DNA from: Phoronis australis
Lineage: Eukaryota > Animalia > Phoronida
Direction of reading: 5' to 3'
DNA: 64,000 bases
Assembly: GCA_002633005.1 (NCBI GenBank)
Contig: NMRA01000350.1
Location: 418,839 to 482,838 of the forward strand
Shown here: positions 63,839-64,000 of the stretch, in pieces
Layout of the letters: each line of letters begins with the position of its first letter
Numbering within the stretch: the stretch's first letter is position 1
Position numbers and translations under genes: made by a program
The notes under the pieces: generated by a model
What the model saw: the letters and a program-made list of their open reading frames with translations, nothing else
What the model was told of the DNA's origin: nothing
The model's database searches: none

Positions 63839-64000
63839 GTAAGTCAATCCAAAACCATTTCCTGAATAATGTAAAATGAGGAATAAATTCGTTCAGACTG
63901 AAGTATGCAAGTGCCTTGCAGTTGATGCTTGCGTTCTTATTGACTGGTATCTGTTTTAATCCAGATGAGGACAGGAAGCTATTACGTCACAGCCCCGGCA

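Overview
This is AT-rich eukaryotic DNA, most consistent with an invertebrate animal: it has GT-AG introns, intronless GPCRs, LINE and DNA-transposon debris, and two N gaps. Most short ORFs in the supplied track are spurious. Supported genes, all on the + strand: (1) a single-exon coiled-coil protein of about 1095 aa (1598-4885); (2) a six-exon gene the ORF track misses (6595-19421), encoding a 454-aa secreted protein with signal peptide, coiled coil and two F5/8 type C (discoidin) domains; (3) three paralogous rhodopsin-class GPCRs (23809, 31245, 47485) that all lack DRY, D2.50 and the TM3-ECL2 disulfide. GPCR2 and GPCR3 lie in a 7-9 kb tandem duplication that also carries a decayed GPCR of another subfamily. 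Mobile DNA includes a 4.9-kb foldback element with ~1.4-kb inverted arms sitting in a (TA)n tract, an IS3EU-like element (6-bp TSD), a Transib-like element (5-bp TSD, empty site visible in the paralog), a dead LINE, several MITEs and possible Academ-like remnants. Comparing duplicated copies shows the abundant TACATGTA motif arising as +6-bp insertions, as expected for Tc1/mariner excision footprints. There is also a 40-bp templated insertion. All calls were made by eye, with no database searches.
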